Virus record (IMG/VR): IMGVR_UViG_3300022745_000039
Coordinates: 1-57,489 of that record
Length of the DNA: 57,489 nt
Reading direction: 5' to 3' (one strand)
From: a virus
Lineage: Duplodnaviria; Caudoviricetes
Shown: one piece after another, positions 26,838-36,268 of the stretch
Layout of the letters: every line of letters starts with the position of its first letter
How positions within the stretch are numbered: the first letter of the stretch is position 1
Translations under genes and position numbers: made by a program
Notes under the pieces: generated by a model
What the model saw: only the letters and a program-made list of their open reading frames with translations
The model's database searches: none
What the model was told of the DNA's origin: nothing

Positions 26838-29800
26838 ATGCTGCTGACCCCCATCGACACGCCTTCCCAACTGGAAGCGTTGCCTGAGAATGTCCAGGGC
26901 GAAGTAGATAACACGTCGGGCGGCGTCCTTAACTCTGCGACCCGCAGCCTGCGCTCTTCGCTTCTGGGCAGCGACGCCAACCAAGCAGCGGCTGAAGCCT
27001 TCAAGTCCGCGAAGAAGGGCGACAAGCGTGGTCTGCGTGAGAGCATGCAGCGCGCTCAGCAGCTCGCTGAAGAGGCTCAGTACTTCGCCCCGCGCGTGCA
27101 GTCCGTCGGTCAGATCGAAGGTGTCGGTGACCTGCCTGACTATCTTGCAGGTCAGCTTGGAGCAGCGCCTGTAGGCGTCGCCAAGCCCGTCGTGGGTGGT
27201 CTGGCAGGCGGCGCTGCTGGCATGATGCTGGGCGGGCCTGCAGGGGCCGCTGTGGGCGGTATGGCCGGTGGCCTGGGGACTATGTACCCCGACATGCAGA
27301 ACGCAGCCCTGATGGAGCACCTCCAGGCCCTGAATGGCCAAGAGCCTACCCCAGAACAGGCCCAGGAAGCCCAGAATCAGGCCTCCTGGCAGGCCGCAGC
27401 CCAGACGCTGCCCTATGCCCTCACCCCGGAGCTTGGACTCGCTGGCAGGGCGCTGGCTGGCAAGGCCCTGCTGCCTGTCGCTGGCACCGTCGGCAAGAGC
27501 CTTGCGCGCGGCGTGGCGACCCAGGCAGCTATGGGTGCGGCGTCCAGTGAGATAGGCCATCAGTTCCAAGACCAGTACAACCCTGGCCGCGACAAGAGCC
27601 ACGACGCGATGAGCAACATCGACGCGGGTGTGAGCAACGCGCTCATCGCAGCGCCGTTCGAAGCTGCCGGTCACGCTGGCGAAGCATTCCACGGTGCGGT
27701 CGATCAGGCCGGTGGCATAGCTGCAGCCGGTGGCAAGGCGGCTCTGGGTGCTGCAGGCAAGCTCGCTGGCAGGGCCGGTGAGGCGGCGAAGGAGGCCTGG
27801 AACAATCGCCCCAAGGACATGACCGAGGCTGCTGTGATGGCAGGCGAGGGCGCAGCCGGTGCAGTCAACAAGGCCGAGGATGCCTTCACCCGCTTCAAGC
27901 AGCGCGGCAAGGACGCCGACATCGACACGCTGCTCAAGCCCCAGAGCGGCATGAAGGCGCAAGATCTGCAGGCCGACGACAACCTGAAGCATGCTGCGGC
28001 CTCTAACGTACTCGCAAAGATTCAGTCAGATCCTGAAGGATTCCCTGACGAAGTGAAGCAGGCTGCGGCCACCTACGCGAACAGCCCTCGCACGATGGAC
28101 GACTGGCGCCCACTGGCTGACAGCATCTACGACTGGAAGCGCACGAAGGACGTGACCGGCGCGATCAGCGACTTCATTCAAGAAACCACGGACAAAGGTG
28201 CCAAGGCGGCAAGCGACATCGTGCAGGCTGGTCAGGACGCCAAGACTGCGTACGACGCCAACCGCCGCCAGAACGCACAGACACCGGACGACGGATTCAA
28301 CACGCTGCTCGCAGACTCTCTCAAGCAGCACCTGGGCCTGCGCACACCGCTGCTGCAGGAGCGTGTCTCTGGCGTAGCAGCCGGTGCCCTGCGTGACTGG
28401 ATCGAAGGCGGCTTCACTGACAGCTCTGGCGCTGTGAATGCACCGCGCAGCCTGTTGCGCATGCTGCAGAAAGATCCGGTCAACGCAGTGAAGAACGCAG
28501 CGGACCTGATGCACCGCCAAGGCCTGATTGACGACGCCACATTCGCCAAGCGCAACGACGCGCTGAAGTCCCTGCAGGAGAACATCCAGACAAACAAGAA
28601 GGTCGCGCAGCTGGTGGACGAGCGGCTGCTGCCGACCGTCAAGGCTGACATGGCTCCCGTCGACCGGCGCGACCTGATCGACCACATTGCCTCTGGCAAG
28701 CTGACCGACGCAGAGAGCCGCCAGTTCTTCGGTCCTCGCGGTGATGACGTCACCACGGACCTGCAGAACATGGGCCTGCTGGAGAAGCCCAAGGCGACGC
28801 GTACCGAGGAACAGAAGGTCAGCACCGACGAGCTGCGTTCGATGACCGACGAGATCGACCCAAACGTGGTCGCCGAGCGGGACCAGTATCACCACTACAA
28901 CGAGAGCGGCAAAGAGACCATCGACCCTGAGACAGGCGAGATCTACCCTGCAGCAGCTGAGCCGTACCGTGTCGGCGGCAGCGCGAAGAACAAGGACGGT
29001 AGCGAGACGCTGCACGACAAGCACGCCGAAGACCGCATCCAGAAGCTGCAGGACAAGAACGGTTCCACGGTGCGCAAGGTCGGCTACTTCGACTACCTGC
29101 GCGAGATCCACAAGGACAACCCAGAGCAGATGGTCGGCGCCGCACTGGACTTCATGCGCCGCAAGGAGGCCGAGATCCGTGCCCTCCCTGGCAAGGGTTC
29201 GCCGGACGAGAAGGCCAACGCGAACTACTACGTGCTGCGCGAGACGCACGCAGGCGACCGTGGCGAGGCCACGAACATTGAGCCGCGTGAGTTCGCCAGC
29301 CTGGGCAAGACCAGCAAGTGGGCCGAGCAGTACAACCAGGGCGACCAGGGCACGGCTGCAGCCGGTCGTATCTGGCTGGAGCGCAAGAACGCCGACGGCA
29401 CGACCAGCGAGTTCGCCACCAGCACCGCCAAGATCATCAAGAACATGGCCGACCGTCGTCGCGGCAGTGGTGGTGTGGACGAGAGCAGCGGCCTGGGCGG
29501 TCAGCACACGCTCTTGATGCAGGGGCTGGCAGGGCTTGCCAGCAACGAGGCGCTGACAGGGCGTATCGGCGTCAAGCTCAAGGCCAACGGCAAGATCAAG
29601 TGGCTCAGCAGCCACGACAAGCTGCCGGACGACATGCCCATGTACAAGAAGGGCAGCACGCTGGGCGAAGCACGTCGTATGTCGAACGAGGCCAACCTGC
29701 GCCAGATTGATGACTCCGTGACCAAGCACGCAGCCCAGGAGAAGGCGCACGAGGCAGCTGAGGCCAAGCCCTCGACGGCCAAGCAGCGTGCCTCCCAGGC

Positions 29801-32800
29801 CGACAGCGAGAAGGTGGCGGGTGAGGCACTGGCCTTGGTACGCAAGAGCGTGACCAGCGTGGCTGCAGCCCTGCACGGCCTCACAAAGAAGGACGCAGCC
29901 TACGCACGGGTTGTGGAGGGTTTGCGCACGCTGGCGAACACCGGCCACCGCGAGCAGCTGTGGGACCGACTGGTGCCCACTGCAGGCCGTGCTGTGGACA
30001 ACGCCAAGCGCGCTGAGTGGATCGGCAGCATGCAGGAGCGTGCACGCAACGCACTGGTGCGGTTCGACGACGCGACGCACGTCGGCAAGGGTGCTGAGAA
30101 GGCCAGCCCACGTGCAGCGGAAGACCTGCGCCGCAGCAAGTACAAGCCTGCCGAGACGCCTGCCGGTGAGATTGAGGTGATGGCCCGCGCCAAGGCCAAC
30201 GACACTGCCGTGGCTGACGGCGGCAAGGAGAAGCCCCGCACACACGACGAGCACACTGGTGAAGCCGTGGGCGAAGGACGCAAGACTGAGAGCGACCCGC
30301 GCAAGGCTGCAGCCGAGAATGAACGCGCTGAGAAGGCACTGGCTGCTAAGAAAGCTGCGGCTGCTGCGGAGCGCACAAAGACACACGAAGACGCACTGAC
30401 AAAGCTCTCCACGGACAAGAAGAAGGCCATCGGCTGGAGTAACGCTGAAGACGGCAGTGCTGACTGGGGCCAAGACCGGCTGGTGCGCGTGCACTACAGC
30501 GACGGCAGCTCGGGCGAGAAGTTCATCGACGCAAACCTGTCTGCGGACTACAAACCGCAGCGCGAGACTCGGCACAACGAACAAGAGACTAAACTAGACA
30601 GCCATGAACGAAGCGCAAAACTCATTACCCGACTCGCCGACGCTAGACGAGATGAGTTCGTTCATGCGCCAAAAGAGGGAGTATTCAAAGGCGCTGAGGG
30701 AGCTACTTCTTTCGGGCCAGCCAAAGACGCAACCGTCCACTACCTTTCAGATGAAAACGGTGCGCACGCCTTTGTCATCCCTAAAGAGTTTGAAGCTGCT
30801 CTCCAGAAGCGACTAGCCAAAGAGCCTAAAAGCCGTGCAGCCGATGTGCTGTCGGCCTTCGCCATCCAGCACGCTTTCTACGACCCAGAGGGCGGTGAGT
30901 TTTCGTCCTTCGGCCCGCGCAGCAAGACCCCAGGCTTTGACTACCTTGTGAGCAAGGACGCGCTGGGCGACGCCGGTAAGGTGGTGTTTGGCGGTGACAC
31001 AAACCTCACGCGAGTCGAAGGTGTCACTGCACGTGAGACCACAAACTTCCTGGCTGGCGCCCTGGCATACACCAAGCACGCTGCCGGTACTGACGAGCTG
31101 CCTGTTCACTGGACGCGTGTGTCCGGCGCCAACAAGGGCAAGATCGGCGACGGCATGTTCAGCGCCCAAGACCCTGACCACGGCATGTTCGGTGCTGACC
31201 CCAAAGGTCCGGCGACCAATGCAGAACGTGTGAAGTTCTTCACTGACATCACCCGCCGCCTCGGGCCTGACATGAAGGCCGTGCTGGAAGAGAACCTGTG
31301 GGGCAAGACCCGCAACGGCAAAGACATCCCTATCTCCGGCGAGTGGAGCGAAGGCCTGATCAAGGCGTCCGTGTACGCACGCGACCTGGGTCAGGTCGGC
31401 GCGCACGAGTCCTTCCACGAGTTCTTCAACCGGCTCAAAGACCAGCCCCAGGCTGCAAAGGTCATGGACATCCTGACCAAGGCTGCAGACAGCGCCTACA
31501 TCCAGCGCCAGCTGGAGCGGCTGCTGGACGGCGAGATGAACGCCCTGAAGCAGATCAAGAAGGGTGCGCCCAACTACCTCGAAGAGCGCATGGCCTACAT
31601 GTTCCAGTTCCATCAGGCTGGCCTCTTGAAGATCGGCCCTGAGACCGAGACCACGTTCCAGAAGATCTCTCGCGTGTTCCGCAAGATTGCTGGCCTGCTC
31701 AACAACGACGAGAAGGCCGACGCCATCCTGCGTGCGTTCGATAAGGGCGAGATGAAGGACGCCGACGCAGCTGCCCGCGTGCTGGCTAACAACATCGAAG
31801 CACGTGAGAAGCTGTACGGCTCGGTGAACACCGCGCTCAAGCCTGCGCTCGACAAGCTCAGCCGCGTGGTCAACACTGCCGAGACCAACCTGCGCCGCAA
31901 CGGCTACGACGAGGTGCGCCGCATGTTCAAGCGCTCCGTGGGTGAGTCCGGCCAGCAGGGCTTCCTGGACGCCAAGGACCATCAGATGAAGCTGTGGTCT
32001 AACAAAGTCGCATCCGTGTTCGAAGGACTCAGTCCGAAGGACTTAGAGCTGGCTGCGCCCTACCTGCACTCCGGTCAGCGCCCGACGGACCCCGTAGTGA
32101 TGCGCCTCGTCTCTTTGATCAAGGGCGGCAAGGTGGGCGGTCAACAGGTAGAAGGCCTGCTGCCTGCCATGCACAAGTACCTGACCGATGCCGGTGTGAA
32201 GCTCTGGGTGCCAGACCCGAGCGGCAAGGGCGGCAGCTGGGAGCCTATGGGCCACGTGAAGAACTACTTCCCGCGTGTGTTCGACACCGCCGAGATCGTG
32301 AAGAACCCCAACGAGTTCGCTGCCGACTTGGCCAAGCACAACGCAGCAGAGCTGAACACAATGGCTGCTGAGTACAACGCCGAAGCACAGAAGGCTGACC
32401 CCGACAACTTCGTAGCGAAGACCGCCGAGGACTTCGCCAAGGCGATCACGAACCGCATGATCAACAGCTTCGGTCAGGCCTCGCTGGGCGAGACCAGCAG
32501 TGCTGTGGGCTTCAGCCCGTTCATGCAGGCCGTCAACCGCCGCAGCATGGACTGGATTCACCCTGAGATGCTGAAGAAGTACGGCGAGAAGGACGTGGCG
32601 AAGATCCTGTCGTCCTACGTTGCCCAGGGCGTCAAGCGCGCCGAGTACGTGCGCCGCTTCGGCAACGGTGGCGAGATCCTGAAGGAAAAGCTCACGAACC
32701 TGCACAACGCCAATCTGGCCTCTGCACTGGAGTCCAAGTTCGGCGTGAAAGGTCTGCTGGCGAAGGCCAACGCGGTGCCGGACAAAGTCGCTGCAGACAT

Positions 32801-34001
32801 GCACGACAAGCTGTGGACTGCGCTGCATAGCGAGATGCCCAAGGCCGACCGCAAGGACTTCGACAAGCTGACCAACGCCGCACTGAAGGCCGCCAAGGGC
32901 GCAGCCACAGACGTGATGGCGATGGAGGGCACGCTGGGCTACAACATCAACCCCAAGATGCGCCGCTTCCAGAACTCAGCTCTGGTGTACGAGAACATGC
33001 GCACGCTCTCCACGAGCCTCTTCAGCCAGTTCATCGACCCGCTGGGCCTTGTGGTTCGCGGCGGCACGATGGGCGACGCCTGGAACTCCTACAAGCGCGG
33101 CATGCGTGAGGTCGTGGCGTCGATCAAGGGCGAGCACATCAAAGACCTGGACAGCATGATCGCTGACCAAGTGGGCACCACGGACGCAGGCGGCATGCTC
33201 GCGGCCTACGGTCAGCTCTACAGCAGCCAGTACATGGGTGCGGGCTTCCGCAAGGCCAACGACATGCTGTTCAAGTACAACGGCATGGAGGGCTTCAACC
33301 GTGGCATGCAGGTCAGCGCCACTCGTGCTGCGATCAACTTCATTAAGCGCCACGCTGATCAGAAGACGGCCAACGAGCGCAGCACTGAGTACCTGAAGGA
33401 GCTGAACCTGAAGGCCTCTGATGTGAAGGTCGACAAGAACGGCGAGCTGGACTACACAAACCCGAAGATCCAGAACGCGATTCACCAGTGGGTCAACGGC
33501 TCCATCATGCGCCCCAACGCTGCACAGCGTCCGGCCTGGGGGAGTGACCCGCACTACATGATGTTCTGGCACATGAAGCAGTTCGCGTACACGTTCCACG
33601 ACGTGATCATGAAGCGTGCTCAGTACGAAGCCAAGAAGTTCGGTGACCTCGGCCCAGCTGGCGTGCTGGCTGCGGCCTACACACCGATGATGATCGCCGC
33701 TGACGCCATGAAGAGCATCCTGCTCACCGGCAGCGAGCCTGGATGGATGAAGGCAGGCCTTGCATCCGAACTCGAACATGGCGCTATGCGCGCCGGTCTC
33801 ATGGGTAAGTTCCAGCCCCTTGCAGACGTCGCACTCACGCCTGGACGTTCCATGCTTGGCCTGGGTGGTCCGCTCGTAGAGCAGATCGCCCAGCTTGCAG
33901 ACCAAACCCCATCCGAAGCCGCCACGAACGCAATGCCAGGAGCCAATCTCTTGAACATGTGGAGCGGTCACCACGCAGTTGAAGTTCAAGGAGAAGATTG
34001 A
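26838..34001 (+). CDS. Giant internal virion (ejection/polyvalent-like) protein, 2387 aa
   Basis: Gly-zipper segment near N-terminus, HESFH (HExxH) at ~31404-31418, NYFPRVFD and F..FK.F-like C-terminal motifs; last gene before lysis. Confidence 0.8.
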   Translation: MLLTPIDTPSQLEALPENVQGEVDNTSGGVLNSATRSLRSSLLGSDANQAAAEAFKSAKKGDKRGLRESMQRAQQLAEEAQYFAPRVQSVGQIEGVGDLPDYLAGQLGAAPVGVAKPVVGGLAGGAAGMMLGGPAGAAVGGMAGGLGTMYPDMQNAALMEHLQALNGQEPTPEQAQEAQNQASWQAAAQTLPYALTPELGLAGRALAGKALLPVAGTVGKSLARGVATQAAMGAASSEIGHQFQDQYNPGRDKSHDAMSNIDAGVSNALIAAPFEAAGHAGEAFHGAVDQAGGIAAAGGKAALGAAGKLAGRAGEAAKEAWNNRPKDMTEAAVMAGEGAAGAVNKAEDAFTRFKQRGKDADIDTLLKPQSGMKAQDLQADDNLKHAAASNVLAKIQSDPEGFPDEVKQAAATYANSPRTMDDWRPLADSIYDWKRTKDVTGAISDFIQETTDKGAKAASDIVQAGQDAKTAYDANRRQNAQTPDDGFNTLLADSLKQHLGLRTPLLQERVSGVAAGALRDWIEGGFTDSSGAVNAPRSLLRMLQKDPVNAVKNAADLMHRQGLIDDATFAKRNDALKSLQENIQTNKKVAQLVDERLLPTVKADMAPVDRRDLIDHIASGKLTDAESRQFFGPRGDDVTTDLQNMGLLEKPKATRTEEQKVSTDELRSMTDEIDPNVVAERDQYHHYNESGKETIDPETGEIYPAAAEPYRVGGSAKNKDGSETLHDKHAEDRIQKLQDKNGSTVRKVGYFDYLREIHKDNPEQMVGAALDFMRRKEAEIRALPGKGSPDEKANANYYVLRETHAGDRGEATNIEPREFASLGKTSKWAEQYNQGDQGTAAAGRIWLERKNADGTTSEFATSTAKIIKNMADRRRGSGGVDESSGLGGQHTLLMQGLAGLASNEALTGRIGVKLKANGKIKWLSSHDKLPDDMPMYKKGSTLGEARRMSNEANLRQIDDSVTKHAAQEKAHEAAEAKPSTAKQRASQADSEKVAGEALALVRKSVTSVAAALHGLTKKDAAYARVVEGLRTLANTGHREQLWDRLVPTAGRAVDNAKRAEWIGSMQERARNALVRFDDATHVGKGAEKASPRAAEDLRRSKYKPAETPAGEIEVMARAKANDTAVADGGKEKPRTHDEHTGEAVGEGRKTESDPRKAAAENERAEKALAAKKAAAAAERTKTHEDALTKLSTDKKKAIGWSNAEDGSADWGQDRLVRVHYSDGSSGEKFIDANLSADYKPQRETRHNEQETKLDSHERSAKLITRLADARRDEFVHAPKEGVFKGAEGATSFGPAKDATVHYLSDENGAHAFVIPKEFEAALQKRLAKEPKSRAADVLSAFAIQHAFYDPEGGEFSSFGPRSKTPGFDYLVSKDALGDAGKVVFGGDTNLTRVEGVTARETTNFLAGALAYTKHAAGTDELPVHWTRVSGANKGKIGDGMFSAQDPDHGMFGADPKGPATNAERVKFFTDITRRLGPDMKAVLEENLWGKTRNGKDIPISGEWSEGLIKASVYARDLGQVGAHESFHEFFNRLKDQPQAAKVMDILTKAADSAYIQRQLERLLDGEMNALKQIKKGAPNYLEERMAYMFQFHQAGLLKIGPETETTFQKISRVFRKIAGLLNNDEKADAILRAFDKGEMKDADAAARVLANNIEAREKLYGSVNTALKPALDKLSRVVNTAETNLRRNGYDEVRRMFKRSVGESGQQGFLDAKDHQMKLWSNKVASVFEGLSPKDLELAAPYLHSGQRPTDPVVMRLVSLIKGGKVGGQQVEGLLPAMHKYLTDAGVKLWVPDPSGKGGSWEPMGHVKNYFPRVFDTAEIVKNPNEFAADLAKHNAAELNTMAAEYNAEAQKADPDNFVAKTAEDFAKAITNRMINSFGQASLGETSSAVGFSPFMQAVNRRSMDWIHPEMLKKYGEKDVAKILSSYVAQGVKRAEYVRRFGNGGEILKEKLTNLHNANLASALESKFGVKGLLAKANAVPDKVAADMHDKLWTALHSEMPKADRKDFDKLTNAALKAAKGAATDVMAMEGTLGYNINPKMRRFQNSALVYENMRTLSTSLFSQFIDPLGLVVRGGTMGDAWNSYKRGMREVVASIKGEHIKDLDSMIADQVGTTDAGGMLAAYGQLYSSQYMGAGFRKANDMLFKYNGMEGFNRGMQVSATRAAINFIKRHADQKTANERSTEYLKELNLKASDVKVDKNGELDYTNPKIQNAIHQWVNGSIMRPNAAQRPAWGSDPHYMMFWHMKQFAYTFHDVIMKRAQYEAKKFGDLGPAGVLAAAYTPMMIAADAMKSILLTGSEPGWMKAGLASELEHGAMRAGLMGKFQPLADVALTPGRSMLGLGGPLVEQIAQLADQTPSEAATNAMPGANLLNMWSGHHAVEVQGED

Positions 34002-34002
34002 A

Positions 34003-34368
34003 ATGACAGAGTCGACGCAACCTGATGTGCAAGTTGAGCGCCGAAAGACTGAGAGTGAATCTGTGCTGCTGCACATCACAGAACTGCAGCGCAATGTCAA
34101 AGAGCTGAAGGCCCAGATGACATACCACCACGGTGTGTTTGAAGAGCGCGTAGAGAACGCAGTGGAGAAGGTCTTCGACCGCAGCTTCCCTGACGGCGAT
34201 CCAGAAGGCCACCGCAAGGTGCACGAGAACTGGATCAAAGAGGCAGAGGCCAAGGCCAAGTTCTGGGAGAGCATGAAGACAGAGCTGGGCAAGTGGGGCT
34301 TGATCGGCTTCGTTGGCTGGGTTCTCTATTACGTGTGGCTGGGCTTCCTGCAAGGCCCGAAGAAGTAG
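34003..34368 (+). CDS. Holin/antiholin-like membrane protein
   Basis: FPDGDPEGHRKVHE motif; C-terminal TM segment; heads the lysis cassette. Confidence 0.6.
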   Translation: MTESTQPDVQVERRKTESESVLLHITELQRNVKELKAQMTYHHGVFEERVENAVEKVFDRSFPDGDPEGHRKVHENWIKEAEAKAKFWESMKTELGKWGLIGFVGWVLYYVWLGFLQGPKK

Positions 34369-34377
34369 GAGGTAGCT

Positions 34378-34533
34378 GTGGACCTGTTCGAACTGCTCTC
34401 AAAACTCTGGCCGATGATCCTGGCCCTCATCACGCTGATCATCGTCCTCTCAAAACTCGACCTGCGTGTCGCAGTACTGGAAGAAAAGGTGAAGACCTTG
34501 TTCGACCTCATCAACAGAAAGGACAACAAATGA
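34378..34533 (+). CDS. Small TM plus coiled-coil lysis-cassette protein (51 aa, absent from the ORF track)
   Basis: AGGAGG RBS, GTG start, MDLFELLSKLWPMILALITLIIVLSKLDLRVAVLEEKVKTLFDLINRKDNK; ATGA overlap with the endolysin. Confidence 0.7.
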   Translation: MDLFELLSKLWPMILALITLIIVLSKLDLRVAVLEEKVKTLFDLINRKDNK

Positions 34534-34946
34534 AACTCCAAGTAGTACGTTTTCAGTGCGGCGCTGACTGCACTATCGGCGAGCTTCTGGTGGACGGCGA
34601 GCACGAGTGCTGGACCCTGGAAGACATTGTGCGTCCGCAGGGCGCTCCTAAAGTTTTTGGACAGACGGCAATACCCTATGGAACCTACAAAGTTGTTGTT
34701 ACTCATAGCCCTCACTTTGATCGTGATCTTCCTCTGCTGGTTGGTGTACCAGGATTCGAAGGCGTGCGCATCCACCCAGGAAACACCGCCGCCGACACAG
34801 AAGGATGCCTGCTCGTCGGAACCGGACGGACCGGAACAAGTGTTACGAATTCACGAGTGGCCTTCGACGCCCTGTTCCCAAAAATACGGGATGCCATCAG
34901 CCGTGGCGAAGAAGTCACGATTACCTACAGCAGTGGAGATGCTTGA
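34530..34946 (+). CDS. Putative endolysin, DUF5675 (L,D-transpeptidase-like) family
   Basis: TIGEL...CWTLED...TAIPYGTY...VPGFEGVRIHPGNTAADTEGCLLVG. Confidence 0.8.
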   Translation: MKLQVVRFQCGADCTIGELLVDGEHECWTLEDIVRPQGAPKVFGQTAIPYGTYKVVVTHSPHFDRDLPLLVGVPGFEGVRIHPGNTAADTEGCLLVGTGRTGTSVTNSRVAFDALFPKIRDAISRGEEVTITYSSGDA

Positions 34947-35161
34947 TGAACTTTAATCACTTCGGCGGTCGCCGCTTCTTTCTGACGGTAGGTGCCGGTG
35001 TCACCTCCACCGTGCTGGTGTGGTTCGCCAAGATCACGCCGGAGGTCTATCAGTGGGTGATTATGGGCACGGTCGCTGCCTACATCACTGGTGCCACAGC
35101 CGAGAACCACAAGGCCTTCACCAAGGACTCAAAAGATGAACCTCGCACTGATAAATCCTAA
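34946..35161 (+). CDS. Holin-like protein
   Basis: GGRRFFL followed by two TM helices and a charged C-terminus. Confidence 0.65.
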   Translation: MNFNHFGGRRFFLTVGAGVTSTVLVWFAKITPEVYQWVIMGTVAAYITGATAENHKAFTKDSKDEPRTDKS

Positions 35162-35639
35162 AGTCTGGGCCGAGATCTTCGTGGCGGGAATCATCGTTGC
35201 GGCTGGCTGGTACGGCTACAACTGGATCTGGGACCGTGGCTTTGCGGCCTCTGAGAACCTGCACCTGCAGGAGAAGCTGGCATTGGCCGAGGCCACTGTC
35301 AAAGCGGTGAACGACACCAAGGCCACGAGCGACAAGCTGCAGGCCGACAAGGACCAACTACGGAGAGATAAAGATGCGCAAATCACTTCTATTAACAGCA
35401 CTCTCGCTACTGCTATTGCAGGGCTGCGGGACCGTCCAGCGCGTGATGGTGCAGGGAATCTGCCCGTCGATCCCGCCACTGGAGCAAGACTCGGCGCTAC
35501 TGGAGCCGACCTTTCAAGACAGGATGGAGAGTTTCTTGCAGGGGAATCTGCCCGCGCAAACAAGCTACGAGCTAACCTCATCGAATGCCAAGCTGCCTAC
35601 GGCAAAGCCCGCGCAGCGCTGAACGGAGAAGCAAAATGA
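35136..35639 (+). CDS. Rz-like inner-membrane spanin
   Basis: N-terminal TM, coiled coil, LRDRPAR, C-terminal L.ECQ. Confidence 0.75.
   Translation: MNLALINPKVWAEIFVAGIIVAAGWYGYNWIWDRGFAASENLHLQEKLALAEATVKAVNDTKATSDKLQADKDQLRRDKDAQITSINSTLATAIAGLRDRPARDGAGNLPVDPATGARLGATGADLSRQDGEFLAGESARANKLRANLIECQAAYGKARAALNGEAK
35374..35622 (+). CDS. Rz1-like outer-membrane lipoprotein spanin embedded in Rz
   Basis: MRKSLLLTALSLLLLQG-C lipobox, Pro-rich CPSIPPL; GGAG upstream; +1 frame inside Rz. Confidence 0.75.
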   Translation: MRKSLLLTALSLLLLQGCGTVQRVMVQGICPSIPPLEQDSALLEPTFQDRMESFLQGNLPAQTSYELTSSNAKLPTAKPAQR

Positions 35640-36001
35640 GTGAACGATGTGCTGAGCTTGTTGCTCGCTGTTTCGAAGCCCGTACCACGGCGCACTACGC
35701 CCACCTGATGACGAACTCGTACGCCGAGCACAAAGCCCTGAACGAGTTCTACGACGGCATCGTGGAGCTGGCCGATGATTACGCCGAAGCTGCCCAGGGC
35801 CGTCACGGCATACTGAAGTACCCAGTACAAAGCCCGAAGGTCGGCGACCGCAGCAACCCTGTGTCTATCCCGACGGAGCTGCGCTCGTGGATCGACAAGA
35901 ACCGCGACGACTGCGGCAAGGAGCGCGAGCTGCAGAACCTGATCGACGAGATCCTGCACCTGTGCGACAGCACGGTGTACAAGCTGCGCTTCTTGAACTA
36001 A
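35636..36001 (+). CDS. Ferritin/Dps-like four-helix protein (DUF5856-like)
   Basis: AHYAHL.T.SYAEHKALNEFYD....LAD.YAE..QG and LQNLIDEI......T.YKLRFL. Confidence 0.75.
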   Translation: MSERCAELVARCFEARTTAHYAHLMTNSYAEHKALNEFYDGIVELADDYAEAAQGRHGILKYPVQSPKVGDRSNPVSIPTELRSWIDKNRDDCGKERELQNLIDEILHLCDSTVYKLRFLN

Positions 36002-36137
36002 AACCCAGTGGCATGGCCCGTCACTCGATAACAGGCTCGGGTAAATTATGGGTAATCTGATGACGCCTGCAGATAGTCTCATGTAGTCTCACACGTCGTT
36101 ACCACTGTGCAAGCCGCTTAGATCGAAGACCAAAACG

Positions 36138-36185
36138 GCATTCACACTGCAGGGGTCGCAAGTTCGAAACTTGCATCGCCCACCA
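36138..36185 (+). other. attP core: 3' half of tRNA-Val(CAC)
   Basis: GCA-TTCACAC-TGC anticodon arm, GCAAG-TTCGAAA-CTTGC T arm, ending ..GCCCACCA; no 5' half upstream. Confidence 0.88.
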
Positions 36186-36190
36186 AACGA

Positions 36191-36231
36191 AAAGCCCTGG
36201 AACCCAGTATTCATGCGGGTTCCAGGGCTTT
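36191..36231. terminator. Hairpin terminator, possibly bidirectional
   Basis: Perfect 15-bp stem AAAGCCCTGGAACCC/GGGTTCCAGGGCTTT with an 11-nt loop between the converging arms. Confidence 0.8.
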
Positions 36232-36268
36232 CCTACTTTCAGGTGGCGCTACAGAATCTGTAGCAGTT

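Noticed and set aside
28026-30584. 852-aa minus-strand ORF (likewise 6599-8266, 11833-13023, 47354-48883, 51917-53281)
   Set aside because: In-register antisense shadows of strongly codon-biased GC-rich genes; no motifs or RBS
26838-34001. N4-like virion RNA polymerase
   Set aside because: No recognisable T7-type polymerase motifs; composition fits an ejection-type protein
36100-36185. Complete tRNA-Val gene
   Set aside because: Only the anticodon arm to CCA is present; upstream sequence cannot form the D arm or acceptor stem, so it is an attP core
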